Program-made: the position numbers and the translations under genes
Notes under the pieces: generated by a model
The model's input: the letters and a program-made list of their open reading frames with translations, nothing else
Told to the model about the DNA's origin: nothing
Database searches by the model: none
Virus record (IMG/VR): IMGVR_UViG_3300032289_001838
Span: 17,590-81,589 of that record
DNA length: 64,000 nucleotides
Reading direction: 5' to 3' (one strand)
Origin: a virus
Shown: positions 9,051-19,504 of the stretch, one piece after another
How the letters are laid out: each line of letters opens with the position of its first letter
Position numbering within the stretch: position 1 is the stretch's first letter

Positions 9051-10562
9051 CTATTTTCGATTCCAGATAAATTTCATATGTCCACAATCCCAAATTCTAT
9101 CATATCCATTAATCTGCATATTTTGCCATTCACTCAAATTAATATCAAATTTTTCAAGTTTTTCTTTTAATTTATGTTTTTGAAAATGATTTCTTTCAAT
9201 TGGTACACCTTTGTTTTTGTGAAAATAATGATAACCAGGTAAAGTGTCATCTACAAATGACATACCAATTTGTTTATATAAATTACCTGTAAATAATCTT
9301 TTATCACTATATGTTACAATAGAATTTACATCATAATTTTTTATAAAATGATTGAATAATTTAGAAGCACCTCCTATTACATTTGTATTTAATATATTAC
9401 AATACCTAGATAACTCATATTGATATTTTTTGTCATATCTAGATTTAACAAAAGTCATTAGTGACACCAAAACATTATTATGATATAATCCTAATCTTAT
9501 AGATGATGTATCATTTCCCTGTATATGATTATCAGTCAAAAATGCAGATTTTTCATCATTAATCACTGGTTTTATTTCACATTTGCGTGCAAATATTCTT
9601 TTGGACTTACCAATTTTACTTAATAAAATGCTTTTTATTATATCTTGTTTACATCTCCATTCCCAATCCCATATATGCATCAATTGAATATTTTTATCAA
9701 GTGACAACTTAGTTTTATGTAAATGATAATTTTTATCTTTACCACCAGCAAGTTCACTGTGCCAATATATACCATCACATTCTATGCCTAAATTCAAATG
9801 TGATACTAAAATATCAATTTCATCCCCGTCTAATATATTTCTATCGTGTTGTTTAGTCACAACTCCGTATGAATGTAAAAAATTTAATATTTCAGACTCA
9901 ATGGTAGATTTAAACCTATTATGTGGATTACAGATTAAACATCTGGGTATATTACCAGAATATAAATTATCTTTAAATTCATTGTTACACACACAACATT
10001 TAAATTTGTATAAATTATTATATTCTGTGCCTATATATTCATCTTTATCAAATAGTGGAACAACCACACCTTTTAATCTGTTTCCTTCAAAAATATTATT
10101 TAAAGATTCTTGAATTTTTTGAAGTCGTCTGTTTTCTTTGATATATGATAATTGAGATACATTATCAATATTATTATTTTCTAAATATTGTTTATACTTT
10201 TCAGATTTAAATCCAATTTCTCCAGCATTAGCTCTTTCTTTTGTTTTTTTAAGCGTATTTGGAGATACATTCATACCATATTTTTCATTGTTGGTTTGAA
10301 TCATTTTTTCTCTGTTGTTAAAATTTTCATATCCGTATTTTTTTAATTTAGTTTTTTTTCCTTTCTCTAAATTATTATAGTTTTCATTGCCATATCTTTC
10401 TTTTAAAGTTTCTTTCATTTTGGAAATCATATTATCATATGCACCATTTTCTCTTTTTTGTTTTATTTTTTCTTTAACACTAGGCAATTGTGATGGATGA
10501 TAAACACCATATTTTTTAAAAAATGATTCTCTAATTTTTTTACCTCGTTCAGTCATAAACAA
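9051..10562 (-). CDS. homing endonuclease (Hef-like)
   Basis: N-terminal KKYG..N repeats, CCVC..CLIC zinc ribbon, EIDIL...GIECDGIYWHS nuclease motif, C-terminal ELSRYC...GGASKL...IWDCG. Confidence 0.8.
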   Translation of the reverse strand: MFMTERGKKIRESFFKKYGVYHPSQLPSVKEKIKQKRENGAYDNMISKMKETLKERYGNENYNNLEKGKKTKLKKYGYENFNNREKMIQTNNEKYGMNVSPNTLKKTKERANAGEIGFKSEKYKQYLENNNIDNVSQLSYIKENRRLQKIQESLNNIFEGNRLKGVVVPLFDKDEYIGTEYNNLYKFKCCVCNNEFKDNLYSGNIPRCLICNPHNRFKSTIESEILNFLHSYGVVTKQHDRNILDGDEIDILVSHLNLGIECDGIYWHSELAGGKDKNYHLHKTKLSLDKNIQLMHIWDWEWRCKQDIIKSILLSKIGKSKRIFARKCEIKPVINDEKSAFLTDNHIQGNDTSSIRLGLYHNNVLVSLMTFVKSRYDKKYQYELSRYCNILNTNVIGGASKLFNHFIKNYDVNSIVTYSDKRLFTGNLYKQIGMSFVDDTLPGYHYFHKNKGVPIERNHFQKHKLKEKLEKFDINLSEWQNMQINGYDRIWDCGHMKFIWNRK

Positions 10563-10616
10563 TACTCCTTATCTAATAGATAAATATTACACTAAACGTC
10601 AAAAAGTCAAAAAAAG

Positions 10617-10646
10617 AAAACCTCACTTAGAAATAAGTGAGGTTTT
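10617..10646 (-). terminator. intrinsic terminator after tail sheath
   Basis: AAAACCTCACTTA-GAAA-TAAGTGAGGTTTT hairpin with minus-strand U tract. Confidence 0.85.
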
Positions 10647-10662
10647 GTGAATTATCTAATTA

Positions 10663-13600
10663 TTAGACTCCCCCAGGGAAAACTGCTCCTGTAGGCAAGA
10701 TGTTGAAGTCAAGTATTATGAATTCAGCAGTACGGGTTGGTTGGATATAGATTTGACCATATAGAATATTTCTATCAATTAGGTCAGGAGTATTGTTTTC
10801 AGCATCCATCTTGACTTGGAATGCGTAGATACCGTTACGTTGTTGTACTGATTCCAAGTATGGAGTTACAATACTCAAGAAACGATTTCTTGTAGAAGCG
10901 ACGTTTTGTTCGAATACCAAGTAGTTGCTCGAACTTGCGATAAACTTCTTCAAGTTGATCAACAAACGACGAACATTGATACGATCCAAAGCACTTGGAG
11001 CAATTTGTAGAGTCTTTTGACCCCATACACAAATACCTTGGCCTGGGAATGCTGCAATTGGATTTACACGACCTTCATATAGTGTATCACGTTCAGCATG
11101 GGTTACACGATCAAGTACTTGTACTGCGGTTGGAATACCACCACGGTTTAAACCGGCTGGTGCGTACCATTCAGCAGCAGAATTATCGTTAGCAGCGTAA
11201 ACTGCTGGCAATACTACTGAAGGAGGGACACTAATAATCTTGTTGGTATTAGTATCTAGGATTTTAACCCAAGGATAATAAGTACCTACATAGTTACTGT
11301 CGATATCAGCGACACTGTTGATAGCAGCATCGATCAATCCTACAGTTTGATTACTTGCTGGGAATACTACGTTATCCATGATGTAGAAACAATCTTGACG
11401 AGTACCACACATATCAATTACCAATTCGGTAACATAACTGTGTAGAGAACGGAAGATACCAGGCAACACGATCAAGTTGATATCAAATTCATCGGCGTTA
11501 CTTAATGCTCCGATACATTGCTTGTAAGCAATACTACCTGGACTATTAATATTTGTACAATCTAGACCTTGAGTGTTGCCTGGAGTAATGTTACTACCAA
11601 CGTTGATTGGAATTGCTGGCCATTGACCTTCAAATCCACCTTGAAAGCCTAGAACGAACTTACGTAGTTTTACATATGTAGATTCATTTACAGCGTCGTA
11701 AACACTTGGAATACTACCACTCAAGCTTGGGTTTAGTAGTGAACCAGTACTTGCTGATGTACCTTGAGCATAATATTTAGCGGTAGATGTACCGTAAACT
11801 TTATCTTCAAGATCGAAGTCGATATTCAAACCATTACTATCGGTGCTACCATAGTATGGCAATGGATTGAAATATTGTTTAGTGTTGTTATCTACACCAA
11901 CTCCAAAAGAAGAAGTTGGATATAGAGATTGAATTTCGGAATCAGTTCCTGGAACTGCACCGAACACAGTACCAGATGGATACTTACCAGGAGCTAGACC
12001 ATAAATACTTGCTTTACTATATTGTACGTATGGTACATAGATGTTTGCGGTACTATTGATTGGAGTACTATAAGATTCGAATCCATATGGTATACATGTA
12101 ACAGGATATGCTACATCTGACATTTCAATTCTAATATATCTACTCAAGTTGGCATAGGTGCCATATTGAATGATCTTACCAGCATAAGTAATATAAGCAT
12201 ATCTATCACCAATTCTACGTGCAATGAAATTTGCACTGTCTGGATCTAGATTCAAGTTTTGGAAGATTTCCAAATACTTTGGCTTCTTATCAGTATCACT
12301 ATAAGCACGAACTCCTAGAGTGAATGAACCCCAATCGCTTCCTGGAACTGTGCCAGCCAACTTAACGTTGCTGATTTCAATCTTGTATTTTCTGTTACTC
12401 AAAGTACCATCACTCAACGTGTGTGCTTTGAACAATTGGAACTTGGTTGGTACTGCAGCTTCATTTGCACTGCCTCTGAATGGAGCAATCTTTTGGGAAT
12501 AGATCCAAGGAGTAGTTGCATTTGTAATACCAAATTGACTGTCTCCAGCATTTAAATTAGTACTATATTGATCAACGAACTTTAGAGGTTCGCCTACGAT
12601 TGTACTTCCAGATAGACTATTAGTACCAACTTGCAATCTCCATCCGAGTGTACTGGTCTTTTCAGATACGAACTTCTTAATACTATCTTCGAATAAAACA
12701 TAGTTGTAAGCAGCTTCTACTTTTTGACCAGCAATTTGTTTGTTTGGATTTCCAACTGTTGGATCGATTCCGAATACATCTTTAATATAGTTATTATCAT
12801 TTTCATTCAAACTGAAATCATAATATCCATATGTGCCTGAACTTGTACTACCATTTGTATTTGAAAAGCTGTATCTTAATGCCAAATTATAAACGTTTTC
12901 ATTTGGATTAATTAGACTCTTGTATGGGAATGTGCTACTTGTTAATTGTGATAGTGTAGTGTTATTGAATCCATATACTTCATAATCATTGCTGAATTGT
13001 GTAGAAGCATTTTGGGTATTTGCTAATACTGCCAATATCATATTTTGACGACCCGATGTATTTGGATTACATTGATCTCCGCTATTTGTTCCATTTGGAC
13101 TGAATGTTCCGGAGTATTTTCCAAATGCGCCACTAATTACACCTTTAAGTTCTAATCCGGCGACACATGTTCCTTCTCCACGAATAGAAGCGATACTTCC
13201 ACTAATTAGTACTGGATTACCCGATGATACATTAAATACATCTGTATTTTGATTTATAGTTGCATTCTTTATGTAAGAAGATGACAAGAATGCAACTGTA
13301 GTAGTACTTTCAGCAAAAGCTGTTGAAATTGCTGTTTCAGCTGAAACGTTTTGTCCTTGTACACTTGAAGTTAAATAATAATAACCACGATTTGCATTTG
13401 TAGATAGTGTATAACCAACGCCTTTTCTTACAAGTGTAATTAAACTATTAGCTCCACCAAGTCCACCAATTGCAATCGTTTGACCAGCATATAAAATACT
13501 ACCGCTTAATGTTCCAGTTCCATCAGTACTGTTTGCGTTTACCACACTAGTAGCCGCTTCAGATCCAAATGTTACATTAATAGATCCACTCAATTGAATT

Positions 13601-14637
13601 GTAGAAACGTCATAACGAGATTCATATTGAGCTGAAGCAGATAAGAAACTTGCGGTTGTAAATGTTCTTGCTTGATTTGAAATAAATTTAGCAAAAACAA
13701 ATCCATATACGTTATTTGAGAACGAAGATGTTAAATAAGCGTATGGTTTATCTGTTGGATATGTAGGAGCATTATTACCACTACCACTCGTAGAAGTAAA
13801 TACGGCACTATCAAACAACAATTTATGTTTATTAGCCCCACCCGTACCACCTGTTACAGTGACACTTCCACTGATACGTGATTTTTCAAAGTCAAATCCA
13901 GCTAACACATATCCGGCGCCTGCATTAGCCAATCCACCGTATACGTATCCTTTAGCTAAAACTGCGTTTTTGAATTGCGTACCCAAATAGCTTGGAGTAA
14001 CTTTAAACAATTTTCCTAAACTAGCTGAATCTTGTAATGATTGAGATAGACTGGTTATACCAGATAATCCAGACAAACTTGACAAAAATATATTTAGTTC
14101 TGAGTAAGTTGCTTGTGTAAATGTAGATCCTGATAAAAATTTAGTGGATCCGATATTACCTATTACAGCTGATGAACCTGTGATATTAAGTGGCAAACTT
14201 AGTTGAGTGTAGTTAATATTGGACGTATAATTAGTATCATCCAAATACATAAATGAATCGTTTGTAATAGCACCAGCATCAGCGTTACGGTTCCATACGC
14301 CTGGTTGAGCATAAACGATCAATGGGCTCTTTTGCCAGTAACCAGTAAGACCACCTACACGAACAACGGTAACAATACCTTGTTGTTGTAGATATTCTTT
14401 TGCGGTATATGGTCCGTAATATACTCCGTCAGCAACACCAAACGTACTTTCTAGAGTAGTTACGTCTGAAATGGTTGCTGGGAAGAATGCTGGACCGTCA
14501 GCAAATGGAGCTACTATAGCTCCACCTATATTTGCGACACCTTGTGCGAGTGCCGAAAGATCGTTTTCACGGGTAAAAACCCCTGGACTTACTATATTTT
14601 GTGTTGGTGCGAATGTTCCACCTTCTTGTATTGGCAT
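10663..14637 (-). CDS. tail sheath protein with large Ser/Gly/Thr-rich insertion
   Basis: SPGVFTRENDLS start; YYPWVKI, WYAPAGLNRGG, INVRRLL, YIQPTRTAEFIILDF C-terminus. Confidence 0.95.
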   Translation of the reverse strand: MPIQEGGTFAPTQNIVSPGVFTRENDLSALAQGVANIGGAIVAPFADGPAFFPATISDVTTLESTFGVADGVYYGPYTAKEYLQQQGIVTVVRVGGLTGYWQKSPLIVYAQPGVWNRNADAGAITNDSFMYLDDTNYTSNINYTQLSLPLNITGSSAVIGNIGSTKFLSGSTFTQATYSELNIFLSSLSGLSGITSLSQSLQDSASLGKLFKVTPSYLGTQFKNAVLAKGYVYGGLANAGAGYVLAGFDFEKSRISGSVTVTGGTGGANKHKLLFDSAVFTSTSGSGNNAPTYPTDKPYAYLTSSFSNNVYGFVFAKFISNQARTFTTASFLSASAQYESRYDVSTIQLSGSINVTFGSEAATSVVNANSTDGTGTLSGSILYAGQTIAIGGLGGANSLITLVRKGVGYTLSTNANRGYYYLTSSVQGQNVSAETAISTAFAESTTTVAFLSSSYIKNATINQNTDVFNVSSGNPVLISGSIASIRGEGTCVAGLELKGVISGAFGKYSGTFSPNGTNSGDQCNPNTSGRQNMILAVLANTQNASTQFSNDYEVYGFNNTTLSQLTSSTFPYKSLINPNENVYNLALRYSFSNTNGSTSSGTYGYYDFSLNENDNNYIKDVFGIDPTVGNPNKQIAGQKVEAAYNYVLFEDSIKKFVSEKTSTLGWRLQVGTNSLSGSTIVGEPLKFVDQYSTNLNAGDSQFGITNATTPWIYSQKIAPFRGSANEAAVPTKFQLFKAHTLSDGTLSNRKYKIEISNVKLAGTVPGSDWGSFTLGVRAYSDTDKKPKYLEIFQNLNLDPDSANFIARRIGDRYAYITYAGKIIQYGTYANLSRYIRIEMSDVAYPVTCIPYGFESYSTPINSTANIYVPYVQYSKASIYGLAPGKYPSGTVFGAVPGTDSEIQSLYPTSSFGVGVDNNTKQYFNPLPYYGSTDSNGLNIDFDLEDKVYGTSTAKYYAQGTSASTGSLLNPSLSGSIPSVYDAVNESTYVKLRKFVLGFQGGFEGQWPAIPINVGSNITPGNTQGLDCTNINSPGSIAYKQCIGALSNADEFDINLIVLPGIFRSLHSYVTELVIDMCGTRQDCFYIMDNVVFPASNQTVGLIDAAINSVADIDSNYVGTYYPWVKILDTNTNKIISVPPSVVLPAVYAANDNSAAEWYAPAGLNRGGIPTAVQVLDRVTHAERDTLYEGRVNPIAAFPGQGICVWGQKTLQIAPSALDRINVRRLLINLKKFIASSSNYLVFEQNVASTRNRFLSIVTPYLESVQQRNGIYAFQVKMDAENNTPDLIDRNILYGQIYIQPTRTAEFIILDFNILPTGAVFPGGV

Positions 14638-14729
14638 AATATTAATATCCTTTCAAAGTTATATTTAATGTATAAATATAAACAAAAAATTCGAAGATGA
14701 AACTATTTATTATATCTTTTATGATTTTA

Positions 14730-15602
14730 TTATAATTCTCTTATAACTTTATCAATTTGTTCTTTTACCATGTCAAATGATATCTTTTTGCTACATTCGA
14801 AGTCTTTTTGTCTCGGACAATACATCCATCCACTTAATATACCATCTTTATTATTTATGGACGGATCGTTTAAGCACCCATGACAAACATTTTTATTGAT
14901 GACCCTATAACAATTTGAATTGAATTCGTTGTACGTATCTGTGCAACCTGAAATTAACACTACTTTTTTATTCAATGCCCACGCCATCCAACTGAGACCA
15001 CTACTTAAACCAATAAAAAATGAACAGTTTTTAATTTGATCTATTCTATATTCGATTGGATAATTTCCCGTCTCATTAAATGCTTTTTTGGGAACACTAT
15101 TCCATTTTTCATTGGTACCAAATACTTCATCTTTATCAATAACATATACATCGTATCCCAATGATTTTATGTATTTTACGACAGAATCCCAGCCTGCTGA
15201 ATTATTCCAGTATTTAAGTTGTGCAGTTGAATGAATACTTATACAAACATATTTTTTCTTTTTGTTGAATTTATGTTTAGTGGATTCTTTGATATTTGGT
15301 ATAATTTCTTTATATTCGATTCCTAACTGATCACATGCTAATTTTTGCATGGGTATGTTTGTAAAATGAAAATGAATTTCAAAATACTTATCATACTTTA
15401 TCTCCACATTTGAATCTACGAAATATACATTTGAGTTATTTGATTTTAAAATATTATACCATTTTGTTTTTACATATACACTTCCGCCGTGTATTCGTTG
15501 ATATTCATCTGCATACGGAGAAAATGCAATACTATCTCCTAATGCTTGAGTACAAAAATTAATTACTGTGGTCATTTTTAAGATCTGATATGCATTTATC
15601 AA
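14730..15602 (-). CDS. Aah/TibC-like (autotransporter strand-loop-strand) O-heptosyltransferase-like glycosyltransferase
   Basis: ALGDSIAF, STAQLKYWN, FFIGLSSGLSWMAWA, LISG, Cys motif CHGC...CP...C; true start probably MTTVINF. Confidence 0.8.
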   Translation of the reverse strand: MINAYQILKMTTVINFCTQALGDSIAFSPYADEYQRIHGGSVYVKTKWYNILKSNNSNVYFVDSNVEIKYDKYFEIHFHFTNIPMQKLACDQLGIEYKEIIPNIKESTKHKFNKKKKYVCISIHSTAQLKYWNNSAGWDSVVKYIKSLGYDVYVIDKDEVFGTNEKWNSVPKKAFNETGNYPIEYRIDQIKNCSFFIGLSSGLSWMAWALNKKVVLISGCTDTYNEFNSNCYRVINKNVCHGCLNDPSINNKDGILSGWMYCPRQKDFECSKKISFDMVKEQIDKVIREL

Positions 15603-17691
15603 TTTTTTCTTTAATCATTTCAAATGTTATCATTGATGTACATTCAAAATCTTTATTTCTTGGACACCAATCCCATTTTTTAGCATCAAATTTAAAATTA
15701 ATATCATTCCAGCAACTATTACACACGGATTTATTGTGTACTCTATAAGGTGTGTAAAATTCAGACTTTGGATCTGAAAATCCAGAAATTAAAACTACTG
15801 GTTTCTCAACCATCCAGGCTAACCAAGATAAGCCAGACCCTAATCCAATAAAGAAATCGCAAAAATATAAATCATTTATTCGTTCAGATAGAGGAAAATC
15901 TCCAGTTTTATTTATACTACCAACAGGTATTTCGTTATGATAACCATTGTTTCCTATATTACTAATTTTATCAATTGATACAACGTCGTATCCAATTGAT
16001 TGTAGATATGTCACCACTTTATTCCACCCATCTGGATTGTTCCAAAATTTAGCTTGAGCAGTTGACAGAGATCCAATGCAAACGTATTTTTTATTAAAAT
16101 TGTTTTTTAACTGTGTTGGTTTTAAATATTTGGGTTTTGTTTCGATATAATCAATGCCTAATATTTCTGCGGACATTTGTTGTAAACTTTGAGTTCGCCA
16201 ATCTGTTGGGGCCGAAGATCTGTCATCTACGTCGAAACATCCAATTCTATAAGAAGCAAAGTATTCATCATTTGAAATATGATTGTAATTAAAAAAGTTT
16301 ATATTTGGATATTCTGTACAAAACAATTCTTTTAATGGTGAGTAGAAGTCTACGATACATTTATGTTTCTTCTGAAATAGATCAACATATGGAAGCCAAG
16401 CGATGCAATCGCCTAAAGCGCCTGACTCATTTACAATTTTTACTCTTTTTCCTGTTAGATTAAAATTATAAATTGTATAACTATTGGTTTCTAAATCTTC
16501 CACTTCAATTCTCCAATTAATAAAATATTTAATACTTGGCTTAGCCCACATACCACTTGAAAGTGTTGTTTCATAAATCAACGTATTGTTTTTATTATTA
16601 ATAAACTTTACTTTATATTTTTTTGAATCGGATCCAAAAATCTCAACTTTACATCCATCTTTATAATCTATAATTACGTTATTCGTAATTTCTCTGGGAG
16701 ATATGTGTTTAATAGGAGTTTCGTTATAAATTTTTAAAAGTTGATCTTTCATAGTCATTTGAACATTATACGAAGGTAATAAATTTTTTTCAACAATTTT
16801 ATTCCAATCTTTTTCATGTGCAGTTTTCAATGCGTTATTTTTAAATTCAATATAATTATCAATTACGTGGTTAATTCCTTCAACTATAACATTCGCATCA
16901 CGTGTTATTCTGTATAATCCGTTTAATTGATTATTATCTTCAAATGTGCCTACGATTGGTAATCCACATGACAATGATTCTAATAAAGTTAAATTTGGAT
17001 GTCCCGCCTCGGAAATTGAGGGATGAAGAAAAATCGTATGGTTTTTATAAACATCAACCAATTCTGATTCTGTTAGATTATACAATATTGTCAATTTATC
17101 ATAATCCACATGGTATGTTTCAAAAAAGTGTTTATTATTAAATGGACCAGCAATGGTAATAGGTAAATTGAGTTTTTTTGCTGCTTCTATAGCATAAGAA
17201 AATCCTTTTCTATCTTCAGCTTGATTATGAATAAATCCATTGTTAGCTACACAGAGAAGTCGATGTTGTAAAATTTCATTATTAGATGGAGTAAACATTT
17301 GAGTATTAACTCCATGACTTAGATATTCTACGTTAGGCAAGTCAAAATATTCTACCAAATATTTAGCGGGGACAAATGTTTTTATAGAATGTTGTGCGGC
17401 GAATCTGTTATTTTTATATACCTGAGACTCTTTTCCGTATATGTAGGCATGATGATCGTGAAAAGAAAAGTAATACGGGATTTTTTTATTATACAACTCT
17501 AGTGCTAAATTAGCTAAATGAACATGTACAATGTCATATTTTTTGGGATCAATATCATTTAGAAATAAAACATCACATTCGTGTCCCAGTTTTTCTGAAG
17601 AACATTTATATTCCCATATTATTTTCTCAACAGCTCCCCATCCATTTGGTGGAATTGGATGTATACCTGTGTGTACCTGTACGATTTTCAT
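15559..17691 (-). CDS. GT4 glycosyltransferase fused to Aah/TibC-like heptosyltransferase domain
   Basis: IPPNGWGAVE, RKG, EAGHPNLTLLES; C-half ALGDCIAW, FIGLGSGLSWLAW, CNSCWND...WCP...EC. Confidence 0.85.
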   Translation of the reverse strand: MKIVQVHTGIHPIPPNGWGAVEKIIWEYKCSSEKLGHECDVLFLNDIDPKKYDIVHVHLANLALELYNKKIPYYFSFHDHHAYIYGKESQVYKNNRFAAQHSIKTFVPAKYLVEYFDLPNVEYLSHGVNTQMFTPSNNEILQHRLLCVANNGFIHNQAEDRKGFSYAIEAAKKLNLPITIAGPFNNKHFFETYHVDYDKLTILYNLTESELVDVYKNHTIFLHPSISEAGHPNLTLLESLSCGLPIVGTFEDNNQLNGLYRITRDANVIVEGINHVIDNYIEFKNNALKTAHEKDWNKIVEKNLLPSYNVQMTMKDQLLKIYNETPIKHISPREITNNVIIDYKDGCKVEIFGSDSKKYKVKFINNKNNTLIYETTLSSGMWAKPSIKYFINWRIEVEDLETNSYTIYNFNLTGKRVKIVNESGALGDCIAWLPYVDLFQKKHKCIVDFYSPLKELFCTEYPNINFFNYNHISNDEYFASYRIGCFDVDDRSSAPTDWRTQSLQQMSAEILGIDYIETKPKYLKPTQLKNNFNKKYVCIGSLSTAQAKFWNNPDGWNKVVTYLQSIGYDVVSIDKISNIGNNGYHNEIPVGSINKTGDFPLSERINDLYFCDFFIGLGSGLSWLAWMVEKPVVLISGFSDPKSEFYTPYRVHNKSVCNSCWNDINFKFDAKKWDWCPRNKDFECTSMITFEMIKEKIDKCISDLKNDHSN

Positions 17692-17692
17692 A

Positions 17693-19498
17693 TTAATTGA
17701 GTTCTATTTTTGATAACGACTGTTCTCCAGTAGATTCGTCTAAAATTAAAAATGTGTTAGTATGTTCTGATGATACCACATTATATTTTTTATGGAAGTT
17801 TTTTTCTCCATGTTTTATGGAAATATGACTAATTGTATTTGCGTTATCTAAGTAGTGAGTATTAAATGTGTTCATTCCCCCTGAATCCATATAAAGTGTA
17901 TATGTTCCGCCATTAGTATACACTATGAAAAATTGTACATTTATATTTTTTTCATTTGAAAAATTTCTACACATCAATGAAATTTTGTTTTGCATTATGC
18001 CATTTTTAAAAATATATCCAACATCACTCAGTAATCCGTCGATTAAACTAAAACAATTTTGATGTACATTAAATTGTGTATCTGAGTATAATAACGAAAT
18101 GTCAGATGTATTATGATAATTTATATTTAACATATTCTCATTTTTATAATATTCAACCATTAAATATATAAACGTTTCTAACATCGTACTTTTATTGCAT
18201 ATACCTAAATTGCATAATTCTGTTTTAAAATCCGATTCGTTTTTTATTTGACCAAAAACATTTAAAAATTTATTGCAGTCATAAAACATTAAATGTACAG
18301 AAATATCCGTATAATATGAATATATGTTTCTAATCAAATCAAAATCATAGTTATATTTTTTGATATCTGATATTACGTTTTTTACATTCTCAATAGATTT
18401 TTCTCCAAATAAATCATCAAATTCTATTCGCATTATATATTTGAAATTGTTCAAAGCAGCAACTTCGGCGCCTTTTATCATTGAACGTAATACTGCTAAA
18501 CCATGTTTTTGAACTTCTTTAACACCAAGATACAATGCAAAATCGGTTAGTTTAGTGTGATGATACATTACTTCTATATCTGTGTATTTCTGAGTTAACA
18601 GTTGATTTTCTTTATCATGATAAAATATATCGATTATATCATAGAACCGTTCAGGAAGAACCTTGGGTGAAGTAATTAAAATTTTAAATCCTTTTTGTTT
18701 TAAAAATTTAATATTGTTATATGCGATATCTTCCAAATTTAATTTGGTAAGAAATAAATGTATATGAATTATAACGTTATCCGTATCATGTGTGTTTTTA
18801 ACGATCAACTCACTTGTTTTTACGTTTTTGTCAAAAACTTGTTGACTAGTTAAAGATGTGATCCTACCAACGTTAGTTATTCTATACACGCCGGCACATT
18901 TGTCACGTTCACACTTACTTTTTCCATATTTCAGTATTTCTGAGTTTAACGCCCAATCTTCGTGGATAGAATCATTCATCCAATCACGTATAAGATTTTT
19001 GTAATTTTTAAATACACGACCGAACGTTATATAATTAACTTGACATAAATCTTCACGTGTAACGTCGTCTTTTAAACCACATAAAAATATAGATTCCTCT
19101 TCGGGTGTTAATTTGCCATCGGACTGCAAGTACTTATATCCTGAACAATACATTACATATTCTTTATTTAAATCCAAGAAATTGACAGCTCGTTGTAAAT
19201 AACTATCATCTGTTAAATAATCATCCCCATCCAAACTAAAAATGTATTCTCCATTAGCTTTATCAAACAAAGACTTTAAATTTTTAGTTATACCACAATT
19301 AACATTCGATTGTGTTATTTTTATGCCTGATATATTTGAATAAAGTTCTTTTATTATCTCATAGGTTTTATCAGTAGATTGATCGTCATGAATTAATACT
19401 TCAAAATCAAAATTAAGTTTTTGATTTAAAATAGAATCTACACACGTTTTAACGTATTTTTCAAAATTATAACATGGAATAATAATACTTAATTTCAT
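17693..19498 (-). CDS. GT2 glycosyltransferase with additional C-terminal domain
   Basis: LSIIIPCYN, HDDQSTD, LDGDDY, EDW. Confidence 0.85.
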   Translation of the reverse strand: MKLSIIIPCYNFEKYVKTCVDSILNQKLNFDFEVLIHDDQSTDKTYEIIKELYSNISGIKITQSNVNCGITKNLKSLFDKANGEYIFSLDGDDYLTDDSYLQRAVNFLDLNKEYVMYCSGYKYLQSDGKLTPEEESIFLCGLKDDVTREDLCQVNYITFGRVFKNYKNLIRDWMNDSIHEDWALNSEILKYGKSKCERDKCAGVYRITNVGRITSLTSQQVFDKNVKTSELIVKNTHDTDNVIIHIHLFLTKLNLEDIAYNNIKFLKQKGFKILITSPKVLPERFYDIIDIFYHDKENQLLTQKYTDIEVMYHHTKLTDFALYLGVKEVQKHGLAVLRSMIKGAEVAALNNFKYIMRIEFDDLFGEKSIENVKNVISDIKKYNYDFDLIRNIYSYYTDISVHLMFYDCNKFLNVFGQIKNESDFKTELCNLGICNKSTMLETFIYLMVEYYKNENMLNINYHNTSDISLLYSDTQFNVHQNCFSLIDGLLSDVGYIFKNGIMQNKISLMCRNFSNEKNINVQFFIVYTNGGTYTLYMDSGGMNTFNTHYLDNANTISHISIKHGEKNFHKKYNVVSSEHTNTFLILDESTGEQSLSKIELN

Positions 19499-19504
19499 AA
19501 AATT

